From: Octopus sinensis
Taxonomy: Eukaryota
Length of the DNA: 59,263 bases
Direction of reading: 5' to 3'
NCBI RefSeq assembly: GCF_006345805.1
Contig: NW_021832990.1
Span: 1-59,263 of the forward strand
Part shown: positions 39,000 to 52,000 of the stretch, piece after piece
How positions within the stretch are numbered: position 1 is the stretch's first letter
How the letters are laid out: every line of letters starts with the position of its first letter
The notes under the pieces: model-generated
Told to the model about the DNA's origin: nothing
Databases searched by the model: none
The model's input: only the letters and a program-made list of their open reading frames with translations
Program-made: the position numbers and the translations under genes

Positions 39000-41803
39000 T
39001 TGAAATAAAATCCATGTACCAAAAATCATAAAAGAGAATTTAATAATTGTTGCAGACAAACCTTGAATGAAATGTCGATTTTGAACATTATTTAAAGCCA
39101 AAAACCTAAATAGCCATTTTTTCATTGAATAGAAAAATTCTCCATTGATGTGATTAACAAAAAGCTGATTTTCTATAGAATCGTATGATTCTTTAACATA
39201 TAAATGATTTGGTTCGACATCAAACTCCCCTTCATCAATTGACTTAATTTTATGGAGCTTGCAGAGTCAATTGGTTTGATCTTAATACAATCTTCTCCAA
39301 CTGAATATCTTTTCGTTTGATCAAGATGGTCTAAAAACCATTAGGTGGTATTCGAACCAGAATAATCTGCAACAATTGGTTTATGCTGAAAAAAATTTAA
39401 AGATTCTTTATTAATGCATGGAATTTCAAACGCTTTTGTGGTAATTTTCTTTGTTTTCATTGAATTTAAAGAATCGTCTTTAGGTGAAAAATTTTGTCTT
39501 GGACAAAAACACTCTATATTTTTAATTTATAATTTGTAGAACCAGAATTATCAATGTCAATGGGTTGATTCTTAATAGGGTTTACAGTTTCTTCAAAATC
39601 AATTGATTTATTTTTTTCTGTAATTTCGTCGTTTTGTATAGAATCAAAATCAAATTCGGCAATTAGTTGATTTTTGGCATAATTGTTAGTGTTAGAATCA
39701 ATAACTTTGTTTTGTGTAGAATTGTAATACTCTATATCCTCTGGTTGTTTATTTTTAAAATCAAAAATATTTTTGTCAGATAACTCATTTTGTTTAGATT
39801 CAATCTGTTCTTTTGAAATTAAATCAACTTGTAGAGCTTTAAATTCTTCCTCGGTAATTTCATCGCCTTGATTAAAATAAAAACCGTCATTTTCCAATAA
39901 TTGATTTTCAATAAAATTAATCTCTTTAACTAAGTCATTTTGCTTGTGGCAAGAATAATCCATGCTTCTTATAGAACTTTTTGTAGAATCCAAAGATTTT
40001 TGACTATGTGATGCTTTTGAATAGAAGGCTTTTTTGTATTGAAACAAATTCGTATCCTTTATTGTTTTGTTTTTCAATGAGAAAACCGTTTCCCCATTAT
40101 TTTCAAATGTTTCTATATGATCGTTCATACCGTTTGGTCGAATTTGTTCAAAATTAAATTCATTATTCGATTTTTCATTACTATCATAGACAACGTTTAT
40201 AAATGGAGAGATTCGTGTATAATCCAGAATTTCTTTTGAACAAGATTTTTTTAGAGTAATAGTTTCGGGACTTGGCTGATTTGTATCTAAATTCTGATTA
40301 ATTTTCAGCAATTGTCCCCTAATGAAATTTTCAGAATTAGATAGCCACCTTTCTAAAGGTTTTCTGTCAAATGGAAGTTTTTGGATAGGAGAAGAAAATT
40401 TCTGAACTAAATTTTTATTACAAATACAGAAAAACTACAATTATAATCACTGTCATTTTGGAAATAACATAGTTTAGCATTTTTTGATTTTACAAACTTA
40501 TGTTTTAAATTTCTTTGTAATTTAAAAAGTTTCTAAATGATTAAAGGGAATGTAAAACAACCGTAACAAATTGAGTATGATCATTAATTGAAAAACAATT
40601 TTGCTGTTTCACCGTATCGTCAAAACTTAAAATTTTACGTAATTTTGGCGGATTTGTAGATACTAAAGTTTTTAATATTTAAAATTTTTCAAGTAATAAT
40701 ATTTAAACCTAAAGATATCTAAAATAACCGTTTGTTGGAAATAACTTTTGATCTAGCTCATCATAAGATTCTATTATGTATTATTTTTATGATTTTAACC
40801 TATGTTTGCAGAATTAACAGTGTGGGTACAAATTTGATCTAATGCTTCGTCACTTGAAGTACTTAAAGTTGTAATTTAGACTATACATTGACTGAAATGA
40901 ATGGTGACGATGTTCAATTGTTTGACGAGATTCGATACAAAATGTTAAACTTGTTTTTTCTTAAGAGTAAGTCACAATTTATTTACCATTAAGAAAACAT
41001 GAATCATTCATTTTGTCTAATTGTTTTAATATATACAATCATACATGGAATCGAATTGGACGGATTTAAAGTATGTAATAACGGTTTAAGATTAATATCT
41101 TAGCATATAAGTCGTAAAAAATTATATTTAGTATGTAGTAAGTCAAAAATTATACCACTTTTACAATAATCAAAATCTTTAGATAACTTTTTCAAACCTG
41201 AATTAGTAAAAAATTTAATTTAACTTTGTTTTGATAAATGAATAGGTTTATTCAAATTTTCAGAAGAGTTCTGCTTCAAAAACTAGAAATATTACTTTAG
41301 TCAAAATATTTTCATCCATTAACGAAATAGTCTCTATGTAATTTGCCATTGATTTCAGCATTGAGGGAGATATCTTAATTGTATTAACTTACAGAAATTA
41401 AATACTATGGCTATAGTAGGAACTACTTCGTTTTTAAATAGTTTCAAATTGGATGAGAGATTAGAAAGAAAGCTCTAATCACGATTAATCGACTTAGTAC
41501 TTCATTTCCATAGAGCATAAGATAATGGATAGTGGTCGCAGCTTTTAGGACAACGAAGTAATCAACGTTTTCTAAACGTTCTGATAAAAACTTTAAAATC
41601 TGATCAGACAAAACAGCACTTTCAGATGTGTATTGACACAATGCTTTAGATTAGATTAAAGATTATTAAAAACTTTGTAAATAACAAGATTTTGGTGGTA
41701 TTTCTTTTTCCGTAGTGGCTTTATATATATTTTTCGATACTCCGTTTCCAACTACTCCTTGAACAGCTTCTTTAATTTTATGTTTAAAGTTTTGATGTTT
41801 CAT
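39000..41803 (-). CDS. ANTH-domain protein (PICALM/AP180 family), divergent paralogue B; 3' end approximate
   Basis: MKHQNFKHKIKEAVQGVVGNGVSKNIYKATTEKEIPPK and ERLENVDYFVVLKAATTIHYLMLYGNE align with paralogue A; large N/E/K-rich exon at 39514-40311. Confidence 0.75.
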
Positions 41804-42070
41804 CAGAATTAGATTGAAAAAAATTATAGTTTATTTAAATACAATACTGGGTAAAATAAAAAAATTATTAAAAAATAAACCAAATAATTATATTTTTTAA
41901 CTTTTAATCATTAAATAAAATAAATTGGTTTCTAAATTAATAACATTCTTATTTTTTGAAAAATCGTAAACAATTATGAAACGACAGAAAATACACTTAC
42001 TACAGTTAAACCTCTCGAATCCGCCGATTTTATCGCAATTTAAACAATATTTTATAGTCGAAACGTGAAT

Positions 42071-42900
42071 AATTTTTTGTTTTGACAAAAATAAAATTAT
42101 TAGAGAAGTGGCCGGGTGTCTCGTGAGGCCAGTAATTAGCTTAGCTATCTTTTCACGTCCTTATTGTTTTTTTTAAAAAAAAAATTAAAAAAAAAAAAAA
42201 AATTAGAGAAGTTAACTAAATTAGATGAGTCGCCGAGCGAATGGACAGGCAATTTCCACGTAATATCGCGAACGATATCCGCTGAAAAAGCCAGCTCGTT
42301 TCACGACTGTCGTGACTCCTCCTCGAGATGATTAAACCAATCTCTGAGAGGAGTTTGAGGGCTTTGGGTCCAATTATCCCACTGGTCTCGAAAGCCAGAG
42401 GAATGAAGCAGCAGGTATCGGTCAAAGAGCCATATTTTGCAGTTTTCCTAGATTCCGCAAGGGCAGATGCAGATCCTGGACGAGAAGCGGAGTCAACCAA
42501 CAATGATGAGGAAAATGAGTCTACGCAGGTAACATCCCACTCGAGTGCCATTCCCTCCCTGAATGGGAATAAAGTCGACCCATCAGGGCGTTTTCCGTCC
42601 CCACGGTCTAGTCCTATCAGTTCTAACATTGAGGGGAATCCAGCGACGTTAAGCGCGCGCTTCACAACGTCATTCAATGAGGCGTCCCTGGGGATCCTGC
42701 CGGCACTGAGGCGACAAGAGAAAGGGTGTAAACCTCTCCTGTCGATGAGTTGTCCATATCTGCAATGGTGCGGCTGGCAAATCTCTATAGCAAGCCGTAA
42801 ACAAATTCCGATGCGGACTGATTCGTTGTCCAGGAACATGCCAGCTGACGAGATCGGTAACGCATTCAGCCAATCGCCCGAATGTGGTTGACAGGCACAA
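42071..42900 (-). mobile_element. 5'-truncated CRE-like non-LTR retrotransposon, copy 3 (Zn knuckle plus REL)
   Basis: PHSGDWLNALP, C..HHC........H...C, GLDRGDGKRPDG, WDVTCVDS, PLAFETSG and RGNC motifs; 3' UTR interrupted by a 92-bp insertion. Confidence 0.88.
42110..42201 (+). mobile_element. 92-bp poly(A)-tailed retroposon with 11-bp TSD
   Basis: attagagaagt at 42099-42109 and 42202-42212; A-rich tail; core also present at 2142-2175. Confidence 0.85.
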
Positions 42901-44808
42901 TGAATTTACAATATAGATTAAATATTTCTTTTTATATAAAAATGACTTAATACATAACATTATTTATATTCAAAAAAGTCAGAAATTTTATGTTTTTAAT
43001 TAATTTTCTTAACATTTCTCCAATTTTCATAATATTTTTGTCAGCATCTATATCTGCATTTACCTGAGAAGCATAAGTTTTAATAATCTCTAGAGCTCTG
43101 AAAGTTTTTGAAAGATTAACTCTTTTCTCACTTGATTCCTGTTTAATAATTGTTTCCTAAGTATAATTATTAAATAAAATCACTAACTGATTGAACTTTT
43201 TTTGACTGTAATGTATCAGTCTGTTCAGATTTTTCTAAAAATTCTATTAGCTCTTCATTTTCACTATATCCATAATCAACAAATTCACTATAAGATATTG
43301 GATCGTCAATTTGAAATTTATTAATTATTTCTTCATAATTATTTTCGTAGTTCTTAGATTCACTGTTGATTGTGATTGTTTCACATTTTATCCATTGTGC
43401 ATGACGGAAACAATTTTTGATGATCGTGAAGTAACTTTATTCCAAGCGAAGAATGTTAATTTCTCAGCAGTTTTAAGGGTGATTGCATTAATTGCATTCT
43501 GACAATTTTCCTCTACCTCAACCTTTTCGATTATATCATTTATTTTCAAATTGATAAATTCGGCTTTAAAGCATTTTATAATTCCTTTATCCATTGGTTG
43601 CAAGACCGAGGAAGTTCTAGGAGGCAAAAAAAAAAATTCAATAGAGTTTAACGAGACAATAATTTGATGAGATGGGCATTGATCTATTGCAATTAGAATT
43701 TTTCTTTTTTTCTTCGCAAGTTCACAATCAAAATCACTGAACCACTTGCTAAAAATTTCACGGTTTATCCATGCCTTATTGGAATGATTGTAGGTAACAT
43801 ATTTTCCAATGTTGAAATTTTCAAAACACCTTGGACTTTTGAATCTTTCTATCATTACAGGTCTTCTTTTATCGGAACCAGAACAATTTGCGCATAATAT
43901 TAAAGAAATTCGAGTCTACGACAACTTTATTCCAGACCTTGATTTAGTGCACACACTTTTAGAAGGAATCGCTTTGTAAAAAACAACAGTTTTATTTGCG
44001 AACACTAGTTTTATTATTTTGGAATTTTTTAAATCTTTTTGTATTATTAGGAAACAACATCCTTTTTTCTTTCATATTACCGTCTTCATTTACATGTTAA
44101 AAAAAATTAATAATTATTTCTCATTCAATAGCAACTTGATTTGAAACTGTACTAAAGCCTCAATTTTGAATAAAATGTAACTATCTCATAATCTATTAAG
44201 CGGTCGTCGTTCTTAGCTGTAGAAAAACTTGGAGACTTGATTTTTGTAGCGATGACGACTTCGATGCTTATTAAAAAATCTCTCTTTGCTGTTACGTATA
44301 GAAATGTAACCAAACAAACTTTATTGACTCAACTACTTTAAGATTTAAAGCGTAGTTAGTATTGAGTACATATATTTCGTAACAGCCTTCAATATTTATA
44401 GTTAAATTATGCGAAATTAAAATGTTAAAGTTACATGATTTATAAAAACAGGATTTTAAAAAGTTTTAAAAGAAAAACAATTAGATCAGAGAATAAATTA
44501 ACTAGAAATTGTTAAAAAAGATTGGAAATGAAAACTTTTAAAACAGTCAGCGGTTGTTTGACAATTCCACTAATTTAAATTTTGTATTCAAACAACTTTA
44601 AAAAACAAGTTTGTTAATTCAAAAAATGCTAAATCATAATTTTACTTTTTTTAAAAATTGAAAAACAAATTTTATTTGTTTTTTGTCATCCATAAACAAG
44701 CCGTAAAAGTATGCGAGCTAACTCACGAGGCTGCACTACTGAAGGGAATTTCAAACTTCATCTGTCTAATAAGATAGATTTTATTTAGAAAATATTTTGA
44801 CAAAATAA

Positions 44809-45254
44809 TTAATTAAAATTAAGTTTGACTTGTTTTTCAGGCTTAATTGTAATTTTTAGCTTCTGGTTTTCCTCCAGGTCTTTTTTGTTTTTAATTTTTT
44901 CAAAATCAACTTTTGCATTTGAATGCATAGCATTAGCTCGGTTTTTACAATCACTAACCGTTTTTTCAATTTCACTAATATTTTGTTTTAAAATTTTCAC
45001 TTTGTTCATATATTGTGGCAATTTGTATACATTTTTTAATGATTTGACTAATTCTGTAAATACTTTGCAAGTTTCATCTTCATTAGTCAACGACTCGTAA
45101 ATTATGTCACGAGAATCTGATATAGTTTTAGGCGTATCGTTAATTCATTACATTTTGATAAAATTTCTCTTAAGATATTCATTATTTTCAAATTATATTT
45201 ATCACCATCTAAATTAGCTGTTTTTAAACCACAATTACGGTCAGATTCACTCAT
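44809..45254 (-). CDS. BLOC1S6: Small coiled-coil protein, probably BLOC-1 subunit 6 (pallidin)
   Basis: QYMNKVKILKQNISEIEKTVSDCKNRANAM...QKLKITIKP resembles the pallidin C-terminal half as I recall it; similarity is weak. Confidence 0.45.
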
Positions 45255-45343
45255 TATGTTTTAATACAACAAAACAGTTAATTAATATGAATTAATTGTA
45301 AAATATTAGAAATTAAAAAAAATATTTTCTGAAAATAAAAAAA

Positions 45344-45990
45344 TCAACTTTTAGTCGTTCCAGGTGGACCGTACAATTCATTTGCTTTTATAATAAAAGC
45401 AGAAACAATTCGATTACTCGCATCCTTAAAGAAAATTGAGGAAATAGAACCATAAAATGCCGATTTAAAATGAAAAGCAACCTAAATGAATATAAAAATC
45501 AAATATACCATAAAATCAATATAAGTATGGCCTGGATGTTCAGATTCTTCAAATTTCCACAAGCAGTTAAGTTTTGTGAATATATCGCTATCAACACATC
45601 TGGACTGAGCAAGAATTAGACAAAGAAATATAACTTTAACAAAACTGGGCCGTTCAGTAGTGACATGTGATGTGTATTTTGTAGTTATATTACCAAATCC
45701 AACTTGCATTATCACTTTGAAGCTTTGATTGTGTTTCAGGAAATACGTTGATTTTTTGACACCAAGGGACAAAGTGGGGGTAGTTATTCACATTGGCAGC
45801 AATTTCATATAATTGTTCTTTGTTGTAACTTTTTTATGATTTTTTTAAAAATGAACCCAATTAAACGACGTTCTTTGTATATTTGTTCGGGATTTTGACC
45901 AAATTTCATTAGTGAAATTTTTCGAACTTTATCATTGAATAATTTTACTTTTTTTAAAAAAGCAGTAAGAATTGATAAAGACCATTTCTA
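45344..45990 (-). CDS. COQ10: Coenzyme Q-binding START-domain protein; start approximate
   Basis: YKERRLIG|YNKEQLYEIAANVNNYPHFVPWCQKS, VGFGNITTKYTSHVT, IFTKLNCLWKF and VSAFIIKANELYGP; one extra base in an A-run at 45752-45757. Confidence 0.88.
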
Positions 45991-46079
45991 ATTTATATTT
46001 TATGTGTCCACCAAATCATGAATACTAAAATATATTTATTACCTTAAATTAAATATCTAATATTCAACAGTAAATTAAA

Positions 46080-49000
46080 TTCATAATCTTAAAAATACAA
46101 AATATTTAGGATCATACTCCAATGAAGAAAATAACGCTTTTACTTTTATTTAAAACCTCAGTATCATTAGATTTTCTATCTAAATATGTCAGCGAGCGAC
46201 CGAGCGCAGCGAGCGACCACTCAATTTCTAGATCCGATCATCAAAAAATCGATAAATTGAAATACCCAGCTTGTATTTATAAATATATTCGATAACAAAA
46301 ATTAAAATCCATGCCAAAGCAGAATAAGCTTTAAAACGATTTATAAATAAAAATATATTTAAAATTAAATTAATATTAAATAATGAGAAAAAATCTAAAT
46401 GCTTCATAATTTAAAAATGTAAAAAAAGAATTAGCAATTCACATTATTTTGATTAGAAGACCTAATTTAGAGATTAAAACGAAAAAATATAGGATCTGTC
46501 TTATACTCACACCTAAACCAAATTAGCGTTCAGTACGATTTTACTTTCTATTAGATACTTATAAATTATTTTATGGGATTCAATGAAAACTTAAGTATTT
46601 TAATTAATTTAAATATGTTAAAATTTTAAATAATTTGAATATTTTTGATGATAGGCTGTTAGGTGTCAAAGCGTTCTAGCGCTTAACTCGACAAAATATC
46701 ATATTTAGTATTTTTTAAGACTTAATCTATTTTTCATGATTTGTTTTATTCGCGATTTAGTTTTCTAGAAAGATTAAACCAGTGCAATTCTTGATTTATC
46801 ATAAAACGCTGAAAGAACAAATGACGAGAATAATCCTCAAAAAAGGCGATCAGAAAATTATAACAAAAAACTATAAAGGTCTGAAATTTATGAAAATAAT
46901 ATTTTAAAAAATTAAGATGCATTGATTTAATAAAACTCAAAAGTAACTAGAAAATGATTCTCCACATACATCCTCGACCAAAATCAAAAAATCATTGCAC
47001 TTTTTCGAAATTGCCAAATTAAAATCTTATAAAATGAATCAAAATAATACCTTCAATTCTTTCAGAAACAAATGGAACGATTGGGGGTATAATTACACTA
47101 AATCTTGTCGAAATCTTATTACAAATTGCTTCCAACAGTTCAAAAGTCGCACAGATGTTCGCCTATTTTCAGGAACAATTAAAAAACCTCTGAAGAATGA
47201 CGCTTAGCCATTGATAAAAGATATTGGCATAAATTCTGCCATTCATTTTCGTCATCATAGGCCAGAAAATATTGAGAAATCACTGGAATTAAATGCAGGG
47301 ACACTAAATTAGATCCAATTCTGTCGACGGTAAATATCTAAAAAAATAGATACTCGGATATAGTACATAATCGACAAGAATTCTTCCGATTTGGGCTAAA
47401 TTAAAAGTTCTCAATAACAAATCCACATTTGAGCTAATAAAGCAGTAATAAATGCAATCAAATATATATGTGTAAAGTTCTTTCTTCAAATCGTCGACAT
47501 AAACTGCATAAATTAAAAAAAACTACCAATATTTTCTAATCCATTTGATAGAACATGTATAAGATTATCGTGAAAGATATTTACGAACAACAAGAAAAGT
47601 GTCTTTAATTCAATTGAAAGTCTAAAAAACGTATAAATTATAAAGAAAAGAATAACCTAAGACAAAATTTATAAAAATAAAGCATTCGATAAATATTTGC
47701 ATCCTCGGCAGTAGACCACGACCAGATCTTAAATAAAATAAAAAAATATTTAAACCTCCATAAAAAATGGTCGAAAAGATGATTCTGACAATTTCAGGAT
47801 AACTATTACAGCAGCATTAATCGAGGATTGTAGAGAATTTCTATGTCCACATCTGAAATCCTCTTGGCTCTAAATTTATTAAATTTTTTAATCAAAACCT
47901 CATTTTTCACGAGAACTGTCCAGACTGTTAGAAGAGTTGCTAGCAAGTCATTCAGAATCATTTCCACGCGAGGCTGATCAAATAATTCAAAATGAATTTT
48001 TAAGATTTCAAAGGTTCCAAACAATCGATTCTAAAATTGATTAACAAAATGGAAACCTCCGAAAATTTAAAGCCAAGAGAATCTATACAAGAAACAGAAT
48101 TCTCGAGTGATTTAAATATTGATTCTGTCTTCAAGACTTGTGCCATTTTTGATCTATATTTTTTCAAATAAAAAAAACTTCATGTTATTAAGGCGTGGCA
48201 TAAAAGATGTCCATTCGAATTGAAAATCAGAATTGTACTCCCAGTCAACAATCTTTGGTATATATTTTAAATGAAAATACCATTTGAATTAACTGTAATA
48301 CAAACGGGTTTAAGAAATATCCCAAATTGCAGATTATTTTATCGATGCATATAAAACAACTCACGAAAAAAGATTTATCGCTAAAATTAATTTCTCCAAA
48401 CAACCTTAGCAAATAAATTGAATTCTCGGATAGTAAAGAGAAGTATGATCTGCATACTGTATTTATAAAAGGAATCATGTTATATTCTCCAGCAGAAACG
48501 AGCTCTGCAATACAAAGCAAAACACTAGCAATAACAGACGAGTTAAGATCATTAACTTTATTGCCAAGTACTTTAATACAAATTGGTAAGAACTACAAAA
48601 TATACGAAAGCAAGTACCTTATCAATGTGAGGTTGACCAATTGGTGCCAAACCACGTACAATTTGTTTTATGAGTAAAAATATTGTTTTCTGATAATTCA
48701 AGTCAATTAGCTCATTGGATAAAAAGTTATTACACATTTGATCAGTTAGTAACAACAAATCATCTCTCTGAAACAGTAATCAATCTCGGTAAACTTGTTC
48801 CAAGAAAATTCCATCCTCCCGTTGTATAAAATCATAGAAAATTGATAACGAACGACATTTTATATCAAGATTCGGATGTTCAAACAACGTAGATAATATC
48901 TTCATTACACAAAGCGAAGGCATCACTTTTAAAGTCTAAAATATATACAAAAGTATATAACCAATAACAAAATCTCATTAAAACAAGTTTTTTCTTCTTT

Positions 49001-52000
49001 TGAATTATTTTGAACATCGATTCGAACTATGCACAGCTCGACTATACGACTTGAATAATTGAGACAATCATAACCCCGTGCTGACGTAGCATCTATTTCA
49101 GACGCCTGTAATAATTATAATAAAATTAAATAACGAGTTGATTAAAAGCTTTAGTTCTTAAGACAGAAAGTAGGAAGGATAAAATTGCTTGGTGAAATCG
49201 GTAGTAATTGTCACAATTGACAGTAGCCATTCTAAGATTGTCAAACCAAATAGAATAATGTTCAAATGAACACAGATTGAGACAATCGGAATTATTTGGG
49301 GATATTTCTTTAAAATAACATTTAATAACAACCTTTGGACCATTTTATTGGTAAGATAGTATAAAATTCTACAAGTTTTGCAATAGCACAGAGAACAACG
49401 TCAATAGAAAACTGGAGAGACAGGGAAATAAAAATATTTTCTTTGAACATTTCATCAAGTGGCCCAGTATTCACCTGGGTGATATTGAATTCACAAACAA
49501 GCAGATATATAAAACATAAAAATCTCTTTTCCCCCAAAATTCGAACCAAACATCCAAGCATTGAACGTAAATGCTGAGACGGGATATCAGGAATGGTATC
49601 AAGAAAAATGTGGAGAATTTCCGTCACTGAAGTAAATACAATTTTATCGTCATATTGATTCTATAAGAAAACATTAGAAATCAAAAAGAAACATTAATCA
49701 GAAGTGGAATTATCGAGGATATTAAACTGTCCACCAGATTAAATAAATATTGATCGAATCGTGATACGAAACGGCTTACAAAAGTAAAAACGTTCATCAA
49801 ATTCGATAGCATAAGGTTCTATAGATTAATCAAAAGTAAAAACAAACCGGGAAAAGTTTCGTGATGCTAATTAAAACTGCCAACCCCTTTTGATGGACCA
49901 TAGCATACTTTGAAGTAGACATTACGTTGATAACAACATCTACTGACAAATCAGATTCCTTAATCATTTCTGGATGTAAAAATAATTAAAAAAACCAGAG
50001 ATATTTTCAAATTCAAGAATCTTAGAAATAGAAGTAAGAAGAAGCTGGATGTAATAATTTTCATCTTTCGGAATTCTGAAAGCTATTCAACATTCAAATT
50101 AAACCTGTAAAATGCTTTGAAAAGGAGTGGAATTAAAACTGTGAAATTATTATCATTCAAAGATTCAGTCGTCGCTAATAATTCAAGAGAAACTTTGAAT
50201 GCTTCAGGACTTTGTGAAATAGGAAAATATCGCCCGAAATAGATCGCTTCTGCTTTCTCAAACGAGGAGGAATGTTTGAATCCCCATGAATCCCATTTTC
50301 TGAAGGATTTAGATGATTAACAAAGAATTCCAAAGGAATATTAAACTATCGTTGTTATTTTAAATATTCATACCGAGTGGAAAAAATCATAAAATGGCCT
50401 GACAAACGTTGATTTTTCCTCATTTTGAATCCGTAGCCAAACCGAAAAAAGTTTTTCAACAAATTGGATTTTGTTATTAGCGTAAGTATCAAAAAAATTA
50501 GAAATTAAATCTGCATTTAACGTTAACTGAATTTATTAGACAAAAAACAACCTTTTCGACTATAGAAATACCCAATGAATCCGGAAGCCACTCCAATTCG
50601 ATAACTTTAATCAAGTCATTAACAACCATCCTATCATAAATTCAAATAAAGTTAATACAGTATGGTGTTCCCTTGTAGCTTATCAACTAGCAAATGGATT
50701 ACTCTAAGAGTATTCTCGTTTAAATGATTATTCGTTTTGATAACTTTTCGGAAAGTTTTAAGCAAATACTTAAACACCTAAAGATTAAAATATAATATTA
50801 CCTTAACTGCATTATAAGGTAAACAACTAAGGATAACTTTAATAAAGTGTATATTTGATGAACTACAATAGTAAACAAATAAGCATTCGATTTCATCTAA
50901 TGAGTCAGTGGTAGCAAGCTTTTGAGATTTGCCAGTCAATTTACAATTGGATCCTACAAACAAGTCGGCCAAATACTGAAATAATTAATTATTATAAAAA
51001 AACATTAGAAAAATTTTCTGAACAATCAATGATTATTTCTCGTTTCTCAAAAACAAAATTTAATAATTTTCTCAAAGAGCTCTCACATTCGATATCATCC
51101 AATAAATCACTTATAATTTCAAAAACAAACTCACGGATCGAGCGGATATCAGAGGAGAGACAAGAAATTAGAGATATTGTAACTATAAATAGAATATAAA
51201 AATGGATTACAATTTAAACTGTTTTGCGAATTCAAATGAGATTTGAAATTTAGTTTATCTAATGAATTGCGACAAAAATTAAAGTAATTTGGATCGGATG
51301 ACTTTTTTGTTCCAAAAGAATTATTAATCATTGAAAAACTCAAAAAATTTAAATATTGGAGATAATCGCCATCAAAGGCAACCTATTAAAATTAAGTTAG
51401 TTTCAAACCCATATAAACTCATCGATCAAGGCATTGAACAATTTCTTTGACTTAATATCTGAAATCATAGATATCAAAGTCATAAAATCTCGCACAAATA
51501 TCTCGCATTCGTCTACAAATGTGATTTTGTTCCAAAACTCGCAAACATTCACTAATAATAAATCAGAAATATTACTATTTGTATATATCCTATTGATATG
51601 AGAGCAAAGTCCACGAAAAGTGAATGCAAAAAATTTAGGAACAAAAAGTGAAGTGTTTTGTGAAATTTTCGACGATATTGTAAAAATTGACTGTTCGGAA
51701 CAATCTAAAAGATTTCGATAATTTTTTAAATTGGGTTTTTTGAATTCCGAAATCTAGAGGTAACTGACATTAATTCTAACCTTAAGCTTACTGTAAACGG
51801 TATGGAAAGATGTTTTTAATAATGAAAACTGATTATAGTCTGAAATGTGAGTACGACAAATAAAAGAGAGACATATCAAAACAAAATTCAATGTCCTCAC
51901 ACACATATTTTCATCAAAGAATAGCAATTCCAGCTTAAATATAGTAAAATAGATTCAATACTTGTTTTATGCTAGTTTCCAAATCCTGGTCGGTAAGTAA

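Larger units (their letters stand above)
42003..43990 (-). mobile_element. pogo/Tigger element remnant with nested retro-insertions
   Basis: NKAWINREIF, LIAIDQCPSH and FLPPRTSSVLQPMDKGIIKCFK (DDE_1) motifs; ta|cagttaaacctc terminus at 42001-42014. Confidence 0.8.

Noticed and set aside
42328-42891. 187-aa plus-strand ORF and similar antisense ORFs over GC-rich retroelements
   Set aside because: These are antisense shadows of the REL-domain ORFs.
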